Shown here in pieces: positions 57,240-64,000 of a stretch of DNA of 64,000 nucleotides. This DNA comes from Desulfatiglans sp. (GTDB lineage: Bacteria > Desulfobacterota > DSM-4660 > Desulfatiglandales > HGW-15). The notes beneath the pieces were generated by a model, which saw only the letters and a list, made by a program, of their open reading frames with translations, did not search any database and had not been told where the DNA came from. The stretch spans positions 91,270 through 155,269 of the forward strand of contig JAAZBV010000156.1 of the NCBI GenBank assembly GCA_012513605.1, in the 5' to 3' direction. A program made the translations under genes and the position numbers. How positions within the stretch are numbered: position 1 is the stretch's first letter; each line of letters opens with the position of its first letter.

Positions 57240-58781
57240 TCACAATGTGTTTTCCTTAATAATACTTCTATGGGGTTTCATCTTCAGTTCGGACAATCTT
57301 ATATCCGGTTTTTTCAAAACTTGAGAAATAAGGATCACATAGTCATTTGTCAGGTTAACAATAGTTGATCTGTTATAAAAAGTTTTGTTGAATGTAAAAG
57401 ATCCATTTATAGTATCTGCGGCCTCCGACAACATCACCTCAAATGGAAATATCGCGAATGGAGGCTGCTCAACCTTGATAGGAATAAACATCATGGGTGG
57501 AGGCATGGTCCTGGATGTTGTCGATTTTTCCTCTGTCTTCGATACTTGTTGAGAAGGCTTTTCTTCAGAAGTGCGCTCAGGTGCCTTAGCGCCTCCTTCC
57601 CAGAATGTCTGAAGTTGAAAATTGACCACAGGACCTTGAGGTGGAATAGTCTTAGAAACGTGGAGGAATGGAACAAAATTATCATATACCTTTAACAGTG
57701 TATTTTTTGTTCTCTCGATAACTTCTATAAAAGTGGGATCTCCTGATAGATCAATGTGAAAGAACTGCCAGGTCATAAAGCATCCTATCAGCGGTTCTGT
57801 TTCCTTTTGATTACGGTTTGCAACAATAAAGCTGAAAAAATTATATTTATTACCGCTGAAAATATAAACCATTGCCATAAATGCGGCATATAGAACTGTA
57901 AACATAGTAGTGTTATTTTCATTACACAATACTTTGAGTCTTTTGACTATTTCAGGCAGAATAATTATAGGGACAGTATCCCCGTCATAGCTGAAGCTTT
58001 CAATGGCATGGTCAAAAGGTAAAAAAGTATTTATTTTATCGGTTAACTGTTTCCAATAGCCAAGTTTTTCTTCAAGAAAATCTCCTGAATATCTTTCCTG
58101 TTCCCATATTGCATAATCGCCATACTGTAATGCCAATTCAGGAAGAGGGATAGATATGTTTAAAGCGTATGCATGATATAATGTTAATAATTCTGATTGT
58201 AGTATACCCATAGATATTCCATCTGTGGCGATATGGTGAGTAAAGATATATAGGGCATGTTCATCTTTGGCTGTTATCAGTGTAAATGTAATCATTAATG
58301 GATCCTTGAAAAATGAAAATGATTCAGATGCCCTCTTGTCTGCAACCCGTTTAAGTTCATCCTTTTTTTCATCTTCAGATAATTCGTTCAGATCAATTAC
58401 TTTAAGGATATTGGCAGGGACTTCGTTTATTTTCTGATATGGCTTATTATCTACTGCCTCATAATTTGTGCGCAGTATTTCGTGGCGTTTAACTACCTCC
58501 TGTATGGCCCTGTGAAAGGCAGAAATATTTACCCTACCTTTAATCAAATAACCTAATGCAGGGCCGGAAGATCTGATTTCTTCAGGGTCGTAATATTTAT
58601 TGATAACAGGCAGTAATGTACCTTCCTGTATGCATGAAACGGGTATCAACCCTTTTCTGTCACGCGGAGTTATTCGATCTTTATTTTTTGACTCTCTCTC
58701 TTTCTGAAATTTTAAAAACATCTCTTTTTTTGCTGCAATGGAAGATGATGCTGTATTTTCAAGCATTTTTGACTCCTTCAT
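57240..58781 (-). CDS. free-standing NRPS condensation-domain protein
   Basis: 513 aa with catalytic HHIATDG (58218-58238), plus C-domain context LIPVSCIQEG, QYGDYAIWEQ and YWKQ. Confidence 0.85.
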   Translation of the reverse strand: MKESKMLENTASSSIAAKKEMFLKFQKERESKNKDRITPRDRKGLIPVSCIQEGTLLPVINKYYDPEEIRSSGPALGYLIKGRVNISAFHRAIQEVVKRHEILRTNYEAVDNKPYQKINEVPANILKVIDLNELSEDEKKDELKRVADKRASESFSFFKDPLMITFTLITAKDEHALYIFTHHIATDGISMGILQSELLTLYHAYALNISIPLPELALQYGDYAIWEQERYSGDFLEEKLGYWKQLTDKINTFLPFDHAIESFSYDGDTVPIIILPEIVKRLKVLCNENNTTMFTVLYAAFMAMVYIFSGNKYNFFSFIVANRNQKETEPLIGCFMTWQFFHIDLSGDPTFIEVIERTKNTLLKVYDNFVPFLHVSKTIPPQGPVVNFQLQTFWEGGAKAPERTSEEKPSQQVSKTEEKSTTSRTMPPPMMFIPIKVEQPPFAIFPFEVMLSEAADTINGSFTFNKTFYNRSTIVNLTNDYVILISQVLKKPDIRLSELKMKPHRSIIKENTL

Positions 58782-58825
58782 TTAAAATATTTTCACCACG
58801 GAGAGCACAGAGAACACGGAGGGGT

Positions 58826-59128
58826 TTATGATACATATCTCTTTATTCCTTCTTTAAGCCTCGGTACATAGAGATCTCTCTTTTGTCCACAATCAAGTTT
58901 TATACCCTTATATGCTACGTGTAACCCATGCTGTAGTTTGAAGTTAATAACTTTCGGTTTCAACTTATAGGTCAGACATTGTTCATATGCAGATTCAAAC
59001 AAGCCGGGGTCTAAAATCCTGTGAACTCCAATCGTTGTCTGTATCATCGGATCTGTAATTTTACGTATTTCACTCCGCTTGTCCCGCCATAGCTTCAGCG
59101 AAGGCGGATGTTCTCCGTGAACTTTCAT
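58826..59128 (-). pseudogene. internally deleted GxxExxY-family (PD-(D/E)XK-like) remnant
   Basis: IGVHRILDPGLFESAYEQCLTYKL...VAYKGIKLDCG retains the GxxExxY signature. The central part is missing and it jumps to ...LKEGIKRYV. Its N-terminus is encoded by the dispersed repeat (HGEHPPSLKLWRDK). Confidence 0.6.
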
Positions 59129-59129
59129 T

Positions 59130-59297
59130 GTTAAAGTGACAGAAAATTAAACCGCAAAGTCGCAAAGGTCGCTAAGAAAAACAAACAATATTATTCATTA
59201 ATAAAATATAAAGGATTTTCTCCGTGCTCTCTGCCTGTCCCGCCATAGCTTTATTAGATGTCGAAAGCCTTAGCGACGGCGGATGTCCTCCGTGGTA
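59130..59297 (-). repeat. dispersed repeat, copy B2 (with an extra insert)
   Basis: gttaaagtgacag...gtcgctaagaaaaac...ttctccgtgctctctgcctgtcccgccatagcttt...gcgacggcggatgtcctccgtggt. Confidence 0.8.
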
Positions 59298-59349
59298 ATT
59301 AATTATGCAGTTAAACACATGAACCCTAGAACCCTCGAACCCTTCTTCG

Positions 59350-59709
59350 CTAAATCACCCCTTCCTCCATCTCTCCACCCAGCACCTCATTGTATGTATC
59401 TTCAATCTTCTTAGCTAGGGCTTTAACAGTCTGAAGTTCAAATATGGTCCTGATGGGTAATTCCATTCCAAACACTTCAAAAATAAGGTTAATAATGCGA
59501 CTTGCCTGTAATGAATTTCCTCCCATCTCAAAAAAATTATCATTACGGCCAATATGCTCTATCTTAAGTACACCAGACCAGATTCGTGCAAGCTCTTCTT
59601 CTATCTCACCTATAGGAGCCTCATAAGGAGTCGGCCCCTTTAACACCATAGAGTCAAAGATCGTATTGTTATTTTCATTGATGTCAGTTTCCATATCCAC
59701 CCCCAGCAT
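59350..59709 (-). CDS. peptidyl/acyl carrier protein
   Basis: 119 aa with phosphopantetheine attachment motif FFEMGGNSLQA. The start may be ATG 59694 (METDIN...). Confidence 0.85.
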   Translation of the reverse strand: MLGVDMETDINENNNTIFDSMVLKGPTPYEAPIGEIEEELARIWSGVLKIEHIGRNDNFFEMGGNSLQASRIINLIFEVFGMELPIRTIFELQTVKALAKKIEDTYNEVLGGEMEEGVI

Positions 59710-59747
59710 CCATAATCTAGTATCTAGAATCCAGCATCCAGTATCTA
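59703..59747. repeat. degenerate tandem heptamer repeat, inverted relative to 55265-55310
   Basis: gcatcca taatcta gtatcta gaatcca gcatcca gtatcta spans the junction between the C-domain gene stop and the carrier-protein start. Confidence 0.75.
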
Positions 59748-61271
59748 GACAAACTCCCCCAACCTTTTACCCGGTTCTTTAATTGCCTCAACCACTACTT
59801 CCTTAAAAATATCCAGAAACTTGTTAATAGTCTCTTCATCATAAACATCTGTCCTGTATACCATTGAACCTTCTATAACAGTTTCTCTGTCAATGAATTC
59901 CATGGCACAGGAAACAGGAAAGCCATGACACCCATGTCGTACACCTGGTGGCTCAATCTTTATACTGCGTGGTCTGAAATCATCCTGTTTTTCATCAGAA
60001 CTGCCAGTCAATATACTTATTCCAGGTGCATTAAATGAGATACCATCATCGGCTAAGGCCTTGCGTACCCAGTCGAGTGGAACTGGTTGATGAGAATGGG
60101 CTTCATTCATTGTATTTGTAACACGCTCGGAGATCTCTGCAAAACTTGGATTTCCTGTAAGGCTTGTTTGATAGGCAACCTCCATGGCAAAATTACCAAT
60201 AATATTTTGAAAATCAGTGTTTAACCTCCCGGCCTGAAGCGCAACAACAACCACCTCTTCCTGCCCGGTCATGCGCCAAATTGCCATGTTGTATGCAGAG
60301 AGCAAAACACAAAACAAGGTCTTCTTTAAACTGGAAGCCAATTGCTTTAGACCACTGGTTATATCAGTCTCAATAACAATGGTTTTTTCTGCACTTTCTT
60401 CTGTAGTTGATCTTTTAATAGATTGGTTTCCATTAGAAAGAAGGCCGGTAAAAGGAGCAGACTTAATAGTGTCCTTCCAAAAATTGATGTGCCTGATGCC
60501 TGCAGGGCTTTTTGCCCATTCCTCTATGGATGCAAGATAGTCCATGTACTGGAATCGGACAGGGAGTATTCGGGGCGGGGTGCTTGATAAAACTGAATTA
60601 TATACAATCATAAGTTCCTGAAAAAATATGCCAATAGATATAGCATCTCCAATGGCATGATGAAGACCAACGCTTAATATGTAATCTGTAAAAGATATCC
60701 TTATTAAAAAAACACGATATAATGGTCCTTTATCCAGATCGTATTCCTGCCAGACAAGTTCATTAGCAATACGTATTGCTTCATTTTCACGCTCTTCGAG
60801 AGACTCTCCTTTAATAACAATTTCTTGAAAGGCAGGTTCCTGTTTAGGTTTATTAACCAGGTAAAGATTGCCATCTAAAATCTCAACAGAACTATTAAGC
60901 ACTTTATGGCGACCAAGAATGTAGTTAATGCTTTTTATAAGAGAATCGGCATAAATTTCCCCTTTTTGCCGTATTACACTGTGGGTAGCATTAGCGCTGC
61001 TTAACTCAATCACACGGTTGGGATAATCCTTCCATAAGAACCTGTTAAATAATACGCCGCGATCTTTTGAAGTTGATAAAACCTGAAAAGGCCTATTGGC
61101 TTTTTCAACACTCTTCAAATATCGCAAGATGTCAGACTTTTTTTCTTTTATAGATAAAAGGATATCCTGCGTCATAGCGCCTTTCTGCGCTCGATAACTT
61201 AACTCTCTATCTTTGAGATACAAGTGTATGCCTTTCCCAAGGCAGTATTCAAGAAATGATTCTATTGTCAT
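59745..61271 (-). CDS. free-standing condensation-domain protein with TubC-type N-terminal docking domain
   Basis: 508 aa. The first ~55 aa (FLEYCLGKGIHLYLKDRELSYRAQKGAMTQDILLSIKEKKSDILRYL) fit the TubC_N docking pattern. The catalytic motif is HHAIGDA, a variant of HHxxxDG. Confidence 0.8.
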   Translation of the reverse strand: MTIESFLEYCLGKGIHLYLKDRELSYRAQKGAMTQDILLSIKEKKSDILRYLKSVEKANRPFQVLSTSKDRGVLFNRFLWKDYPNRVIELSSANATHSVIRQKGEIYADSLIKSINYILGRHKVLNSSVEILDGNLYLVNKPKQEPAFQEIVIKGESLEERENEAIRIANELVWQEYDLDKGPLYRVFLIRISFTDYILSVGLHHAIGDAISIGIFFQELMIVYNSVLSSTPPRILPVRFQYMDYLASIEEWAKSPAGIRHINFWKDTIKSAPFTGLLSNGNQSIKRSTTEESAEKTIVIETDITSGLKQLASSLKKTLFCVLLSAYNMAIWRMTGQEEVVVVALQAGRLNTDFQNIIGNFAMEVAYQTSLTGNPSFAEISERVTNTMNEAHSHQPVPLDWVRKALADDGISFNAPGISILTGSSDEKQDDFRPRSIKIEPPGVRHGCHGFPVSCAMEFIDRETVIEGSMVYRTDVYDEETINKFLDIFKEVVVEAIKEPGKRLGEFV

Positions 61272-61417
61272 TCAAACGTACTCTTATAATTGTTTTGATT
61301 TTTTAAGGTTATCTGTTATGTAAAGCTTGCGTTGCAATATATCCAGTTAAGAATTACATCAAACATAGTTATAGCAAAATAAAAACAACCAACAATATGC
61401 AATCTTTCACTTCCGTG

Positions 61418-61532
61418 TTTTTATTTTCGTGCTTTTCGTGTGGTTCGCGGTTAGAAATATGTTTTTGGTTTTTCAGTAACGGATGACAAACATTATTATA
61501 ATCAACCACGGAGAACACGGAGGGCACGGAGA
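61418..61532. repeat. short dispersed repeats (ttttcgtgtggttcgcggttagaa type plus ccacggagaacacggag type)
   Basis: The cgcggttagaa core recurs at 61868-61897 and 62812-62842. The ccacggag core recurs at 15017 and 58794. Confidence 0.75.
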
Positions 61533-61578
61533 TTTTTTTTTTATTAGATTATACTCTGTGCTCTCAATGTTCTTGTAT

Positions 61579-61782
61579 GGTTAAAGTGACAGGTTAAAAT
61601 TGAACCGCCCCTGTGAAATAACGGCAAAACATGTTTCACAGGGTAAACAAAGGCGCAAAGGGCGCTAAGAAAAACAATAATTAATATTTGCCTTTCGATT
61701 GATAAAAAAATAAAAAGTTTTTCTCCGTGAACTCTGCCTGTCCCGCCATAGCTTTAGCGGAGGCGGATGCTCTCTGTGGTGA
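61579..61782 (-). repeat. dispersed repeat, copy B3 (long form)
   Basis: ggttaaagtgacag...ggcgctaagaaaaac...ttctccgtgaactctgcctgtcccgccatagctttagcggaggcggatgctctctgtggt. Confidence 0.85.
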
Positions 61783-61901
61783 GAATACTGTATTCAAAAT
61801 ATAATCAGGTTCGCCTCGTAAAAGCACAAATTGATTGCAATGCACTTTTTCATTGCCCTGTTTTTATTTTCGCGCTTTTCGCGTGGTTCGCGGTTAGAAT
61901 G

Positions 61902-62201
61902 CTATATCTGAATTCCATTTTTTAATATTTCTTTTAAAAATCCGCTTTCATCATGATTTTTATCCAGAATAACAGGTTCAATTCTGTCGTCAATTTCCCT
62001 TCTTAGTTTCCATAATAAAGGTCTGGTTGAAAAATAATCTCCTTCAATTTTATCAACAATAACTGCAACGTCTATATCGCTGTCTTCTCTATTATTACCT
62101 GTTGCATAGGATCCAAACAAAACCATCTGATCAAACATCATGTTTTTTGAAAGGAGTTTTTTATATTTTTTAAGTTTTTTTATAACCTCTGTTTTATCCA
62201 T
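61902..62201 (-). CDS. minimal nucleotidyltransferase (MNT) domain protein
   Basis: GSYATGNNREDSDIDV is the GSxxxGx...DxD motif. The likely start is MDKTEVIKK at 62201; the track ORF extends to 62240. Confidence 0.8.
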   Translation of the reverse strand: MDKTEVIKKLKKYKKLLSKNMMFDQMVLFGSYATGNNREDSDIDVAVIVDKIEGDYFSTRPLLWKLRREIDDRIEPVILDKNHDESGFLKEILKNGIQI

Positions 62202-62566
62202 ATCTGAAGTTCCCTGGTGTCCTTTAAAATCTCTATGCATTTTTCATCGGTTAATGTTTTCAGTAATTCTTCTTTATGAACTGGATACCTGCATTCAATA
62301 TTCATTGGTTCGAGCAGGTCTATGAAATCCTGTTGTTTTTCTGATAAAAGCTCATAAAGTTCTGCTTTTTTAGCAATATATGAGAGACTGTGCGAGTATG
62401 GAGGTGTATCAGCGTGTATCTTAACAAAATAGCTTTTGAGTATTTTTTCGATTGCCTGATGAGCCATGAATCCGACATAAAGATATCTTTTGCTTTTCAG
62501 CATTGCTTCCGCTGTTTCCAGGTCATACTCTGACAATTCTTTCCAATAATTTACTTGGCTTGACAT
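62180..62566 (-). CDS. HEPN domain protein
   Basis: 128 aa. Has a four-helix HEPN pattern with AHQAIEKILK and the ECRYP motif. Its 3' end overlaps the MNT gene start. Confidence 0.75.
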   Translation of the reverse strand: MSSQVNYWKELSEYDLETAEAMLKSKRYLYVGFMAHQAIEKILKSYFVKIHADTPPYSHSLSYIAKKAELYELLSEKQQDFIDLLEPMNIECRYPVHKEELLKTLTDEKCIEILKDTRELQIWIKQRL

Positions 62567-62864
62567 TTATTCTCGCTATTCATCATTCTAAATAAAACAT
62601 AATTTTAGTTCTTTTCTGAAGCGACGAGATAATATAATCCAAACCAATGAATTTCTCAATATATTCTTTGAGATAGCTGCATATTTCCAAATCACTTATC
62701 GTCAGTTATGTAGTGCGGCTTTTCATATTTTTAATGAAGAATGGCAACAAACATCGTTATAACCAAACAAGATCTCCGGCGATACGCTTATTTTCATCTC
62801 CTATTTTCATTTTCGCGCTTTTCGTGTGGTTCGCGGTTAGAAATATGTCTTTGCTTTTATTTAA

Positions 62865-63024
62865 GGGGTCGGAGCCAGTACTGCCTCTTTTTAAGGCAGA
62901 TTCAATATATTCGATATTTTTCCTTTCTATCTTTCCTGCTCTTAGATATATCCTTTTACTCATTACCTCTTGATGTTACATGATAAAAAGCCCCCGGATA
63001 TGAAATTCTTAAAGGCCGAGCCAT
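62865..63024 (-). pseudogene. remnant of a REP-associated/IS200-like Y1 tyrosine transposase (RayT-like)
   Basis: ATG 63024 reads MARPLRISYPGAFYHVTSRGNE, then TAA. The +1 frame continues KRIYLRAGKIERKNIEYIESALKR before running into a dispersed repeat. Confidence 0.5.
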
Positions 63025-63130
63025 GATTGCTCCTCTCATATATTTTTATGGAAGGACATTTATCATGGCATCTTTATATTGTTAAGAATGAAGGTCTGAC
63101 CCCTTTATTTTTTCTTACTTTTACTTTCTG

Positions 63131-63712
63131 CTACCAGTACCTCAGTTGTTGATCTTTCATATCTACTTTACCATCTCCGTTTAAGTCACCGTGAGTTCCA
63201 TCTCCGCTTGCAACATAATTAATTTCATGTATAGGCGCATTGATTTTTTTCAATACTTCCAATTGGTACTTCAGACATTTTCTTTCAGCTTCAAAACTTA
63301 TCCAGACTTCCGGCGGAATTTGCCAAACTCGCCATGGATGCTTTTTCTTATATTCATGATAGAGTTTAGAGTGAAACGCTTCATGCGCAATGGCACCGGC
63401 ACACCATGTTAAAGAATAATATATAGTTTCATCAGACAGAAACATTATAGGTGGGATTTTAAATGGGGCCATTCCAGATCTTTTGCTCTGTTCAATCTTT
63501 ACGGCATATTCATTAACCATATCGTATGCCTCAGGTGCCTTTTCTTTAAGCAGGACCAACGCCTGTGAGATCTGATCAACAAACTTTGGATCGCCTTTTA
63601 TAACCAACTTTTTATATCCAAGACTTGCTATCCCCATTACTCTATTATAATTAAGGCTAATTATTACAACTAAACCCGAAAACACAATTATAATTAATAT
63701 CACTATTTTCAT
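63131..63712 (-). CDS. membrane-anchored hypothetical protein with HExxH motif and C-terminal Ca-binding (dockerin/EF-hand-like) loop
   Basis: 193 aa with an N-terminal TM helix, AIAHEAFHSKLYH (HExxH), and the C-terminal DLNGDGKVDMKD loop. Confidence 0.6.
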   Translation of the reverse strand: MKIVILIIIVFSGLVVIISLNYNRVMGIASLGYKKLVIKGDPKFVDQISQALVLLKEKAPEAYDMVNEYAVKIEQSKRSGMAPFKIPPIMFLSDETIYYSLTWCAGAIAHEAFHSKLYHEYKKKHPWRVWQIPPEVWISFEAERKCLKYQLEVLKKINAPIHEINYVASGDGTHGDLNGDGKVDMKDQQLRYW

Positions 63713-64000
63713 TACTTATTCTAGCCCTCTTTTATTATCTTCGAAAAAGATAATAAAATTACTCCTGCCCTGCAAGAATAATCTTCAGTTGTTAATATGC
63801 TAATACTGTATTATTGCTATATAATGTAAACTTACCCAATCATTATTTTATTCATTCATTTTATTTTTATGAAACGAGTCAATATATTACCCCGGAATGG
63901 AAGCACCACTCCGAGGTTACTAAATTAGGCTATTTTTTAAAATCCGTACATCTCCGCGACGTCCACCCATTGATGATATTGTTCTATGGATACATTCGGG

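Noticed and set aside
62713-62983. Track ORFs 62713-62973 and 62741-62983 (+), and 62757-62963 (-), as genes.
   Set aside because: They are built from dispersed repeat sequence and the transposase remnant. Their translations are low-complexity. Only the minus-strand remnant is interpretable, and it is reported as a pseudogene.
63937-64000. A possible 3' end of a minus-strand gene (...EQYHQWVDVAEMYGF*) at the window edge.
   Set aside because: Only ~20 codons are visible, which is too short to support a call.

Overview
This is a 64-kb bacterial chromosomal window with about 50 protein-coding calls. I saw no rRNA, tRNA or CRISPR array by eye. The gene content suggests an anaerobic Desulfobacterota-like organism, though this is inference only. 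That content includes an AOR-family tungsten/molybdopterin enzyme, a B12-dependent class II RNR, many Fe-S and radical-SAM proteins, PQQ-like propeller paralogs, a GxxExxY-type remnant and many short dispersed repeats.

The housekeeping backbone is radA, nrdJ, galE, queE, nudC, msrAB, tex and prfC. Four kinds of accessory content interrupt it.

1. At 21.1-27.9 kb there is a five-gene, translationally coupled isoprenoid cluster on the minus strand. It encodes a 2x[4Fe-4S] protein, a B12-domain-like radical SAM, a DUF116::polyprenyl-synthase fusion, a 300-aa alpha/alpha-toroid prenyltransferase-repeat protein, and a DxDD squalene-hopene-cyclase-like class II cyclase. No squalene synthase or hopanoid tailoring genes are present. 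This is my main candidate for an undescribed system.

2. At 49.1-61.3 kb there is an adenylation-less NRPS-like set. It has two free-standing condensation-domain proteins (one with a TubC-type docking N-terminus), a carrier protein, a type II thioesterase and an O-methyltransferase with an OB-like tail. These wrap around a complete YejABEF-type solute-binding-protein-dependent peptide ABC importer. Nearly every intergenic junction in this set is colonised by repeats.

3. There are three toxin-antitoxin-like modules: vapBC bracketed by 31-bp direct repeats, a PIN-first pair, and HEPN/MNT.

4. There are at least five families of short dispersed repeats. One is a ~155-bp MITE-like element with terminal inverted repeats, present in 3.5 copies, two of which bracket a single kinase gene.

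All functional calls come from motif recognition in the supplied translations. No database search was run.
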